Origin: Entomortierella parvispora E1425
Lineage: Eukaryota > Fungi > Mortierellomycota
Reading direction: 5' to 3'
NCBI GenBank assembly: GCA_020891255.1
Contig: BQFW01000002.1
Span: 1,116,001-1,180,000, forward strand
Length of the DNA: 64,000 nt
Below, piece after piece: positions 10,482 to 21,692 of this stretch. A program made the position numbers and the translations under genes. The notes under the pieces are model-generated. The model made no database searches. It worked only from the letters and a program-made list of their open reading frames with translations, and was not told the origin of the DNA. The first letter of the stretch is position 1, and each line of letters begins with the position of its first letter.

Positions 10482-12179
10482 CTACTGGGAGCCAAGGCTA
10501 GGGAAGAGGTTGGTGTCGTCAACGTTGACGGAGGAGGCACCGCGGGCACCACCGCGACGGGGAGCAGACGAAGGGGCTCCACCACGGGCTCCACCGCGAG
10601 CTCCACCACGCGCACCACGCTCGCCACCACGTCCGCCACGGAAGGCGCCGCGGGGAGCAGGCTCACGGGCAGGCTCGGTGTAACGAACCTCAATGTCCTT
10701 GATCAAAACCTTGGACTCCTTCTTGCCCTTCTTGGTCTTGGCAACAGAGTCAGCACGCATCTTGATGAAATCGCCAGTCTCCTCGACCTCGAGGACCTTG
10801 GCATCCTTCCACTGAGAGTCGTCAGCGCCAGCGTTGGCGGCACGAGCAGCGGGGAGGGCGAGCTTGAGGGCCTTGGCAGCCTTCTCCTGGAGATAGTCAT
10901 CAAGGGTCTTGACAACAACCTCGGGCTCAGTGGGTTCGGGAGTAGCAACAGCAGCCTCCTCGTTCCTACAGAATTCCAAATGTCAAACGAACCTGTTGTC
11001 AGCAAGGGTGCGTTATCTTTTGCGATGTTTTCCATCTTCCTGGTGCGTCAAAGTCCATCCTGGCACAGGTCTCACTAGTACACCAAAACTCTAGCACACT
11101 TACAAGGCATCCTTCTCACCCTCGAGAGGGGCAGTGGTGGCATCACCCATAACCTTGTGCTCCTTCTTGTCACTGTTCTCAATGCCAGTGCCGGAGTGAC
11201 GGTCAAAGCCACCGTGGCGACCGCCACGAGCTCCACGGGGAGCACGGGTGCCGCGGGGGGCGCGAGGGGTGGACTCGCCATCGCGAGGAGCACGGTCGAA
11301 ACGGGGTCCACGAGGAGCTATAGAGAGTGAACAAGAGACTGTTATTGAACAATTCCATTCCCACGCTACGAATAGAACATCATCTCTCTTTGAATCCTGA
11401 TCTCCTGCTAATATCCCGATCGCGCTGACAGCCTCTCTTGGGCGTTTCTATCCAAGTACGGAGCTCAATTGGCCCAGTTGTGGGGAAAAGAGCAGGGGTT
11501 CAGACGTGTTCCATCACATGAATTCCGGCTGCAGGTGGTCCCATAGGAGCAAGTCGTTTTGAGAAGAAGAGTCTCCAAGCTAACCACACCTCAAACTGTC
11601 GAATAGCGGTCAAATCATCTTCACAATGATGCCCAGGCAGGGGTGTCGTATGAAGGCGAAGAGGTGGATGACGGCGCCGATATGGATGGTGGGTAGAGCG
11701 ATGCATGGGCCAGGTACAAAGGAAATTGGGTATTTCGGCCTTTTGAGTTGACTGACACGCGAGTTCCACTGCACACCGTCCTTGCCACCCCCTCTCGTGT
11801 GAGCGACGGCAGGAGTGAGTCGGCTGAGTCAGGGAAGGAGAGACTGGACTGGACCCAAAAGAAGGGCCAGACACTGAGAATAATAGAGGTCCAGTTCCTT
11901 TCGCGGTCGACTGTCTTTTGAGTTCTTCCTGTGCTCAACGTGGGAGGAGGAATCGCAATGTGGGTTCAAAGAAGGTCTTTTACCATCGCTGTAGTTGCTC
12001 TCCCTGGGCTTGTTGGGGCGGGCACTGTCCTTGCGGGGTCCCTTGTTGTCGGCAGCCTTGGAGGCGGCGGGGATAGAAGCAGGCTTGGCCACAGGCTTAG
12101 TCTGCTTGACGGCGGGGATCTGGATCTCCTGATCCTGCGCGTCGTCGTTGAGGAGGTCGAAGGGGTTTGCAGAGGCCAT
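10482..12179 (-). CDS. STM1: Stm1/SERBP1 (HABP4_PAI-RBP1 family) ribosome/RNA-binding protein
   Basis: Exons 12179-11984, 11317-11104, 10965-10482. N-terminal SANPFDLLNDD, FDRRS..G, KTLDDYL, RGG repeats, C-terminal DDTNLFPSLG are typical of the family. Confidence 0.85.
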
Positions 12180-12713
12180 TGAATGGAATGTGAAGTGAGT
12201 GCGGAGAAGGGTAAGGGAGAAAGGCAAAATGCAAGCACGGAATGGGACTGTTGTGAATGAATCTCATCGCCAATGTCTGCCAGCTTCGTTTTCTTGGGAC
12301 TGTTCTTTTTTCTTTCTGCTCGCTTCCAAGAAGAAAGACCTTCGACGCGTGAATGCATCCATCCATCCATCCATCCCCCCTCTCTTTTCCCTCACGGCCA
12401 CGCGTCGTTGCACCTAGGGCATCCCATGACAGGCAGATGCATGACTCCTTCCTTCATCCCTCAATTGCTCTCTCCTTCTCGAGTTGATGGATGGATGGAT
12501 GGTTGGCTGGCAGACAATATCACGTGATGGTTTATTTCTTCGGGCGTCCTTATGCCGCCCTGGGGACCAATGGGTTTTACCTTGGTCCAACTTTGGTAAC
12601 AAGGACAAAGTTGATGAGCTTCCACCTTGTTCGCTCGCCATCGGGTTTGGGGGGTTTGTTTTTCGTGTGTTGTGTGTGGTGTTTTGTGCCTAAAGTTCTC
12701 TCTTATTCAAACG

Positions 12714-13540
12714 ATGCAAACAAATAGACCTCGTGCTGCGTGCAACAGTCAATGATCCATATCGAGGTCACGTGCCTTACCTCGTCCACATATCCTGACC
12801 TTTGCCCTCAGGACTATTTGTTCCTGTGGGACATCAGAATAAAGATCCACATCTTTATCTCGCTACTTCATCTCCCCATCAAGGATCACGGTTTATATCG
12901 ACGATATTTCCCAGTCAAATCAGACTGACCGCGCAGCGCCTTCAGAGCCACACCAAATGGTCAACTACAACCACTACCACCATTGCCACCACCGCAACCT
13001 TTAGTATAAATACCCCGGACTTCATATCAATAAACATCATTCAATCTTCTTGTAATAAACTTGGGCTAAGTTTATCTGGGAGGGGCGGAGAGGAAGAGGT
13101 CAAGACAGGGAAACAGGGTCAGGGTGATCGTATTCTGGTAAGTAATTGATGATGTTTATTCGTTGTTGTACTGTATCTTTTATATTGAGCTACAAAGACT
13201 CTTCTAGAAGTCCTTAGTAATCCTAGGCGCCGGTTCCGTTGCTATGGAGAGATCTAGAACCGTCGCGTCCTATCCAGAGAGGGCTAGTGTCATGTGACCA
13301 AGGTCAGAGATGACCATCTCTGTGACATGCAATAGTAAAGGCCAAGGGAAGAGCACGAAGATTGAATGATGTTTATTGATATGAAGTCCGGGGTATTTAT
13401 ACTAAAGGTTGTGGTGGCAATGGTGGCAATGGTGGCAATGGTGGTAGTGGTTGTAGTTGACCCCTTGTGGCTTTGCTGTGAGTGAAGGCGCTGCACGGTC
13501 AGTCTGATTTGACTGTTGCACGAGGTCTATTTGTTTGCAT
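12714..13540. repeat. Internal inverted duplication (fold-back) inside the element
   Basis: 12912-~13048 is the near reverse complement of ~13360-13515; 12714-12752 matches the reverse complement of ~13509-13540. A further 13-bp inverted pair ATGCAATAGTAAA occurs at 13327-13339 / 13547-13559. Confidence 0.85.
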
Positions 13541-14157
13541 GACACTTTTACTATTGCATTTCCTGACTCGTCTCGATGTCGGCCTGGACCTGATCTGGGC
13601 TAGATCGAGGCCTGCCTTACTCCCTACTGTATAATCCTCTTTGATATCTTCCTTCTCCCCCAGTCTGCAATTCACAATTCCCAATAAACCATACCTTTCC
13701 TTGTCCCTCTTGTCCCTGCCTTGTATGACAGTGACAACCCCTCGCCTGCTTGATGTGGCTCCTTGTCACCTCCGCAGTGACTACTTCCTGTCTGGTCGTG
13801 CGCGGAGTGACAACTTGAGTTTTGGGCCGAGGGCTGCAGAACCGGATAGCAACTGAATATGGTTATCGAGAAGGTACGGAAGGGTAAAGAGTCGAAACTT
13901 GAGAGGCAATGGACAACGAGCCTACCATAAACGTCGATTTTTCAAAATACAGAGACGTCATTCCTTACGATGTCACGTGGGTGGGCATGGCGCGTCGCAG
14001 CATGTTCAAGAACTCGCAAGCAGACTTTCTTGACCCCGTCTTCCACCTCAGAGCTCTGTTGTCCTACTTGTTGGCCCCGCTCCAGCTTTTCGTGCATTCA
14101 CCACTGATTACTCATCCATACTTCCATTGCCGGTCCGGCATCTCATTGATCCTCATC

Positions 14158-17100
14158 ATGGGCCTTAAAGGCTGGTTCCCCTTTCTAAGAAAACGGGGGT
14201 ATACGCCCAGGGTTATACACACATCCGCAATGATACAGGACCTGGGTGTTCGCAAGGCACGAATAGATGTGCTCTCGTTCTTTTGCATAATCAGAAACGC
14301 GTACTCCCGCTGTAAGCCTGAGGATGCTCACAAAATCCTCGAACGGCATTTGGCGAGGTTTGGCTCCAAGTCAAATCTGGTATTGTACATCGACGGACAG
14401 CAGGCGTTGGAAAAGGAAGAAACAGCTAGGCGTCGCAAAGAGTCTCGGACGGTTGCAGCTGCCAAGTGCATGAAAAGCCTGCAGAATCTGGAGGACCTCA
14501 TCAACCAGAATTCGCGCCCAAGAAAACGTCATTTTTCTGACGCCAGATCGACTCTCGCTGCAACCTTTTACTGGAGTTTAGATGACCGAAGGTCATTTGT
14601 GAAATACATGGAGGACGCTGGTTGGTGTGTACAGATCTGCAAAACAGAAGCCGATGTTGCTATTGCCGTCGATTGTCAGCCGGATGACATCGTTATATCT
14701 CAGGACAGCGACTTTTTGGCTTACAACACAGTCTCAACTTTATGGCGTCCAGTCTCCAAACACGTGCTACTCGAGTATAAGCTTGCCAACGTTTGCCTTG
14801 CGCTCCAGCTGAGTCGGGCGCAGCTCACCGCACTCGCCATTGTGTCTTGCAACGACTACAACAGGAATCTTTACTCACTTGGTCCCTTAACAAACTACTC
14901 GCTTATCAAGGGCATTTGTTCTCCAGGTAAATCTCATGCGAAACAGGCATGATATTCATTGACAGCTGGATTAATTATTCCCCCATTTCTTACAAATTAT
15001 TTTAGATATCGAGTCCATCGTCACTGCATATCTGGGTCATGTTGTAGTCTCAAACAAAAACAAGGAGGGGCAGACGTTTAGGATCTCTATTCAAGTGTTT
15101 GTGAACAAGCAGCAAACACCTGTCCCCATCCAACCCGCTCCAGTTGTCTCCCACGACGATACCACAACCTCCAACCCTTCATTTGAAACCCTTCAAAGCA
15201 AATTCAGATCTATATGTTCGCGTTATGAGGAAATGAAGAAGATCCACCCCCTGGACAGGTATTAGGAAGCTTCCTTTTATTTTTACATAGAGTATCGCTA
15301 TCAACTACAATAGTCCAACTAATACACATTTCATCCTCTCGTACTAGCATCTGCAACCGCGAGATCGTACGTCTAAAGTCATCTCATACCAAGAACCGAT
15401 ACAGAACGGTGGAGTCGCCAGCCTTCATTCGGACCCCTCCTCGTGTCCAACCAGCTAACGAAGAGAATTGCGCGTCGCTCATACTTTCTCCCCAAGGCGG
15501 TTCTTCCTTGGAGGAACAAGAGAGTCATGCCCCGTTGCCAAGGACTCGAATTCCTAACAATCGTCCACGATACTCATTCAAGAGAATCGAGCACAAGAAG
15601 GTGAAAAAGCGTCCACCTCCTCCGAAGATGAAGCAATATACGTGGAAGCCACACAAAGAACAGGATCCAAAGCCTGACAAGGCACAGCCAGCACCGAAAC
15701 CAAAGGCACCGCTGAGAACACTGGAGAGCTTTGTGGAGCCTGCAAAGACGGAGAAGATTGGTGTCATCCGATCCATGCGGTATCAACATCCGACATCCTC
15801 ATTATCCATTGGGACTTTGGCGGCTAATGTCAAGCTCGCTCTTGAGGACGAAGACAGTCTCCAGTATGAAGTTGTCACAGTTATAGAAACCGCTGTAATG
15901 GAGGCAACGCGGGTCAAACGTCAGGCGCAGGTATTGATTGGGACTTTCATCGAGTATGTGGACCGCAATGGAGTTACGGAAGAGGATCGCAAACATCTGG
16001 ATCAGTTCAGTCCAAGAGTCGATATGAGCAACATAAAACATGACGCAGACAATCCTGTCGAGGTCGACGACGATGGCGATGAGGTTCAGGGCATCATTGA
16101 CGACGATGGGGCTGAGGAGGTTGAAGATGATGAGGGTGAGAGTGAATCAAGTAGCAAGGAGGGACAAAGTCCTGTTAAAAACAAGAAAGGGGGTCGCGCC
16201 GTCACAAAGTCTGGATTCGCTCTCGCTTTCTTGTGCTGTCTCTACACTGGTGCCCCGCGAACCAGGGCCGATGTCTGTTCGTTTGTCGATCGCTTGAAAC
16301 ATCTAGGGCTATATGAACCGCCGCCTTGTCCAAGAGCCAATAACACGATGCCATTCACTCCTGTCGATTTACTTGAGTCAGCAGCCGGTCAGTTGGAGCG
16401 CGAGCTGAAAATGATGTACAAGAACGGAACATGTGATGTGCACAAAACGGTATGTGCACAAGTGCGTAATACATGCACACCATGGCTTCCGTTGTTCAAA
16501 AACCATGATAACAGTCCCACTAATTCTTGATCCTTGACTAATTTTAGTTGGCGGCGCAACTGGGCAAAGGCCTTTTGGCAGTATCGATGGCGGACATTCA
16601 AATTCGAGGGGACGTGTCAGCCATTGAAAACTATCTTGCCCTCAATAGACATCTTACAAATCCCAGACGAATCATCCCAATAACCTCGTCAGACCAGCCA
16701 AACCTCGATTTTAGCGAGCGCGAATTGGCAGGATTCTTTTACAAGAGAGGAGGACTTTTGAAGAAGAACCTGCTGGATTTGGCTGGCAAGGATGGATTTT
16801 TCAGGACCTTGCCCGAGATCCAGATCTGGATTGGGACCAAGACCCCAGGCTTTTTCATCAACAACTATATCGCAGACATCAGCTCAAGCAGTAGCAAAAA
16901 GGCAAGGTCGAGCTCTCGTGCCAAAATCAAGTTGAAGTCCATAGCAACTCTTAGGGAGCACCTGGAACAGTTTGACCAACCTGGATTCGATCCAAAGTCG
17001 TACAATGAGGACGGCTATATCTCACGTGGTATAGTGCGGACAGATGGCTTTGGAATTCAACTGTTGGTGTTTAAGCTGAAGGAGCTGCAAGCTGTCCGAT

Positions 17101-18357
17101 ACCGGAGGCTCTCCCCGGACCTTCTGCCGGAAAGGATAACAAGTACGTTAGGGGGCACAGACTACTTCTTGACTGAAATTCGCAACGTCATTCGAACTTC
17201 AGATGATGTCGAGCGCCTATTTCCCGGCGCTAAAGCCAAAGACGTCAAGATATTGACATTGGACGCAGGGCAGGCGTTTGTTGTAGGCGCGTATGCCTAT
17301 TTGCCCGAGGACCCCCACGCCCATTACAACCTCGCAGTCAATCAAAAAGCCGCTTACCAACCAGCCTTCCGCCATAGACGATGGCAAGAGGAAGAAAAGG
17401 GGTCAAAAGTAGAAGGTCAAGCCCAATCAATCACTGATATGGAGTCGCGTCTTCCGCCTCTTCGTGGCCATTCAGCAAGTGTCGCCAACTACCACAAATA
17501 CCTGCAGACTAAAGAGGTTGGCCCACACCTTGTGGAGGGAGATGAGGGGACAGTGGAAGAGCGTCTGTTGAACTTCTATGGAGGAAGGAGGCACCGGTTT
17601 AAGAAGCACCAGTGGGATCTGAGGCGGGCACAGAAAATGGAGTTTCAGGCCATTGCAGCCAGACTACTTGGTATAGTCGGAGGGAGTCTAGGAGAGCATC
17701 GGAAACCAACAAACCACGTCCTCATTGCCGTGGGACTTGGACAATTCAAAAGCACCGGCAGATTGTCCTCGCTGCATTCTTCCTTCCTGGACTTTTTTAT
17801 ACCTCTGGTAAGTATACCGGTTTGAAATGTGAATCCCTGTTCGTGGTATTATAACTAATGTATTCTATCCTCCTGCTGATACTATCTAGGCGCGGTCATT
17901 AGGCTACATTGTCGTCGGGATCAACGAGTTTTACTCCTCAAAAAAGTGCCCCAACTGCGAAAAGTTTGTAGCTCAAGTGACCCTACGCCAGTTGTATTGC
18001 CCACACTGTCAACGGTTTTATCACAGGGACGTGATGGCGGCACAAAATATGATGAATGTTGCTCAGCGACATTTGGAGCACCAAAGCAGACCACGTTACT
18101 TGCAGCCAGTGGCGGCCGATGGTCGTTACCCCTGGGAGGATAAGACTGTGGGCTCCACTTCATCCGCAAGTGGAATCAGCGACTCTAGCAACAACGCAGC
18201 TATTGTAACTAATGACAGCCCGGCAATGGCAAGTGGCAGCACCAGTGGCAGTTCTGCAAGGACGAGCACCAGTATCAGCTCTCCTCCTTTATTTCGTAAG
18301 AGAAGAACCCACTCGGACGGTCCCCAAGACCTCAGCAAAAAGCCGAGGGAGTTTTAA
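14158..18357 (+). CDS. FEN1/XPG-like 5'-nuclease fused to Fanzor (TnpB-like RuvC + Zn finger), copy 2, 1283 aa
   Basis: Five exons 14158-14926, 15006-15258, 15348-16449, 16548-17807, 17890-18357 total 3852 nt in one open frame. FEN motifs: MGL, RID, IDG-x5-K-x6-R, TEAD, QDSD, NDY. Fanzor motifs: VRTDG, LTLDAG, AVGLGQF, INEFYSSKKCPNC..CPHC, HRDVMAAQN. Confidence 0.92.
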
Positions 18358-18477
18358 TGGTCTCAAACCAAAATTTCGTGTATATGGAAATACACACCAC
18401 CGTGGGGTCTTCTTGTCACGTGCTCACTCATTCGAGGGGGGCGGCATAAGGGGACCCTATTTCTTCGCGTCTTCACT
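18358..18477 (+). ncRNA. Candidate Fanzor omegaRNA (scaffold to 18457, guide from the flank starting 18458)
   Basis: Position between the stop codon and the element's right end is where TnpB/Fanzor omegaRNAs are established to lie. Hairpin GTGTAT-ATGGAA-ATACAC (18378-18395); GGGTC (18405-18409) can pair with terminal GACCC (18453-18457). No expression data. Confidence 0.5.
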
Positions 18478-20910
18478 CAGAGTCAAAGCCCAACCAGATC
18501 TTGGGCTTCTGACGCGTCTCCAGCACGCTCTCACAGACGCTGGCAATGTGGATCAGGCGTCTTTCGTCCCACCACTGACCCATGAACTGAATGCCAACTG
18601 GGAACCCAGTATCATATTGGTCGCCATTGATCTTGTGGTGATACTTCTCCTTGGTGTATCCGGCCACTGCAGTGATGCCAGGGATGCCTGAAAAGTTACA
18701 CATCATCATGTATTGCATCGCCTTCACGCTGTTCAAGTAGTTGGATTCTCCATGTGAAAGAGCGCCAGCGTTGATCCTAGGGGGAAGATTGCCTGTAGTT
18801 GGGGTTACAATCACATCTACAACGCCTCCCTTGCAGGGATAAGTCGATTGATGGTGTTTGTCCGTAGCCTTGTGACCAAACAAGGTCTCCAAAAAGCGAA
18901 TGCTTCTTGTGCGTTGCTGCTGGGCGAGGAAATAGTCCTGCGCGCCCAAACTTCCCATCATGGCTACCTCCAACCGGGTTTGATAATTCAGCTTACGGCG
19001 GTTGGACTGAAATAGTGTGGATCGGCGTGTCAGTGTCAGGTTATACCTTATGAGCTCGGTTACGAACAATGCCTTTTGGAATCAAGCTTACCCAGACTTT
19101 GGAGATCATCTCTGTTACGATCGTTATGTTGTGGGCTTTGGCGTTCTCATGCAACTCGGGAATCTCAATATCAACCAAGACTGCTCCGTGAGTTTTCACA
19201 AGGCCATCCAACATCTTGTAGCAAATCTGCGCGATCTCTGGATGCGTAACATCCTCAAACCATTGGCGGTAGATACCGATGCGCAGGCCTTGCAGAAGTC
19301 CAGTAGAAGTAGCCTTGATAGAAATAGGCGCAGGCAGGGCCACAAGTGGCTGGAATAACGAGTTGGAGTCCTAGATACAGCACAATATAAAACCAGCGTG
19401 AGAACAACCTCACTCTCAAATTAATACCACGCCTACACACCATGCCCTATGTATTTGGCGTTACATTTTCGTCCTTTCCAGACATGATCGCATAGACGAT
19501 GGCCAAATCTTCCATGTTGGCGCACATGGGACCACTGAGAGCAACTGTGGGTGCCAAAGGGTATTCACCACGGGATGACACGCGTCCTTGTGTAGGCTTC
19601 AGTCCGTAAATTCCACAGTAAGCGGATGGAGCCCGGACGGACCCACCTCCATCGCATCCGATAGCAATTGGACACAATCTGATCGCGAGATTCGAGAAAG
19701 GGACGGTAAAGATTAGAAAAAATACATCATATTACATCATCCATGATGAGGGTTCAAAAAAAAAAAAAATAGACGTACCCAGCAGCTACTGCTGCTGCTG
19801 AACCTCCTGAACTTCCTCCTGTGGAGTGATTCGGCTGATAAGGATTGCGAGGTGTGGTCGTACTTGGGTTAAAGTTGGTAAGACCGAGGCCTATGCACAT
19901 CAATAGGGACCTTTAAAAGTTAGGTCTGCAAGCAGTCTAAAGGGCATCGTAGTGGGCGTAACAAACACAACAGCAACGCCGAAAAGAGTAACAATAATTT
20001 GATTACCAATTTCATGCATGGTCGATTTTCCAAAGATGATGGCGCCCTTGGCCCGAAGAAGAGCCACCAAGTGAGCATCCGCCTTGGCTGGGTTTCCTTT
20101 GTTAATAAAGGTTGTACCCACTCCTGTCTCATATCCTTCGACATCGACCTCATCTATAAGCATCATGAAACCAGAGGCGTACATTTTGAGCATTATATAT
20201 GAAGCGACCAAAGCGTGGGAGCGGCTGACGACTCTTTCGGACTATTTACCTTTCACGATGATGGGCACACCATCCAAGATGCTAAGAGGAGCTCCTTCGC
20301 GGTAACGCATGGCAGACGCATTGGCTTGTTTTCGGATGGACTCCTCGTTCCAGTTCCAGACTGCGCCCAAAGGAGGAGAAGTCTGGTCCGCCTGTTTGAT
20401 GAACGCGATCAACTCCTCGGCAACCTACAGACGTACCGAGCGAATGTGGTCGTGGTTAGAATCCATATTACCAGACCGGCTGGGGATCATCTTTGTTGCC
20501 TCTAGGCTTTTTCGAACCTTGATGGGGTCAATCCCCGCATTCTTTTTGTACGACACGTAAAAGTCGCGACAGGAGCGGAAGCAATTGTTGGGAGTTGGTG
20601 ACGAGGACGCTCGAGAGTTGACTTGTTGGTCAGCTTCATGCTGCAGACGCCTCAAGTACTCGTCCGCACTGACAACGTTTTTTCCATCAGCAGCGGCGGC
20701 CAGGACCATTTCAGGAACCGGCGCCCAGATGGGCATGGTCGTAGGAGACTCTTCATACTCGATGTTTCGCAGGACAAAAAGGTCGGCGTCGTTGCAGAGG
20801 TGAGTGGTTAGTCCCGTGGTCTCGCCAATTCGCTCGAGGATGTTCGTGAGAACCGCCAGGAGTCTGCCTGAAACGATAGGGGTGGTGGGGTCTTTGAGAT
20901 TGTAGACCAT
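18473..20910 (-). CDS. Amidase-signature family enzyme (fatty acid amide hydrolase-like)
   Basis: Multi-exon; LDGVPIIVKD, GKSTMHEIG, GGSSGGSAAAVAAG, IGCDGGGSVRAPSAYCGIYGLKPT give the Lys/Ser/Ser triad motifs. Confidence 0.92.
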
Positions 20911-21692
20911 TGCGGGAGAGGTGCGAATGAATGAGGGTGAAGAGGATGAACAGATGGAGAATGGAGGCGTTTCGACCAGAAAAAAAGAAAAGTGGAGCAG
21001 GGCCGCCACCTGCAAGTCCGTCAGTCCAGCCAGTAGGAACGCCCAATTTGATCGGCTCGGGGACTGGAGCGGGCAGGGCAAGGATTTCATGCAGTGGGCT
21101 CGTCCCTGATTTGTTGCTGTATTCTGACTATTCTCTCCAAACACGCGCTGCTCTCTGGTGGCCGAGACCCTTGTCCTTGTCCTCTCCTTGGAAAACAAGG
21201 TTCTTCGTTTGTCCCCGGTGGCGACCAGAGCGCAACCCGCATTTGGCTCTTGCGAGATCGCCCAAATCGATGATGCTACTGTTCTTGTTCATGAAAGTTC
21301 CTGCAGTGCTGATGACAAGAGACCATGGGCTAGATCCCTGTGGGCAGCAACACCCGCACCCCTGTACCCCTGTGACGATGACCAGTTGGTGCGCTGCGCC
21401 CTGATCACCATTGTGTCACTGAGTGTGCCTCAACGTCCTTTTCGCATCACGGCCCTTGTTGTCCTGTTCTATCTTTGGCTTTCGACTCTTTTTTTTTTTT
21501 TTTTTTTTTTTTTCTTGGTTCGCTCTCCAAACTGTTCATGGTCCTCTCCCTTTCCTTCTGCTTTTACTCGTCCTCATCACTCCTGCACCTCTCCTTCTTC
21601 GATTTCCTCTTCCTCTCTCTCTTCTTTTGCCACCGCCATTCGTCCTCTTCTGTCCATCATCGGCTTCTACGCTAGCGCACTTGATCTTCAGA

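Larger units (their letters stand above)
12543..18457 (+). mobile_element. 5,915-bp TIR DNA element with 10-bp TSD (Mutator/MULE-like, non-autonomous) carrying FEN-Fanzor copy 2
   Basis: Exact direct repeat TATTTCTTCG at 12533-12542 and 18458-18467 immediately outside imperfect inverted ends GGCGTCCTTATGCCGCCC (12543-12560) and GGGCGGCATAAGGGGACCC (18439-18457); 13-bp core CCTTATGCCGCCC is a perfect inverted match. 9-11 bp TSDs are established for MULEs; the superfamily call is inference. Confidence 0.85.

Noticed and set aside
13909-14157. 83-aa N-terminal extension of copy 2 in the ORF track
   Set aside because: FEN-family enzymes begin Met-Gly; MGLKGW at 14158 parallels MGVAST of copy 1, and the extension reads like promoter/leader sequence.
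4391-18457. A single composite transposon that captured STM1
   Set aside because: Copy 2 has its own complete TSD/TIR pair, and removing it restores normal amidase-STM1 spacing.
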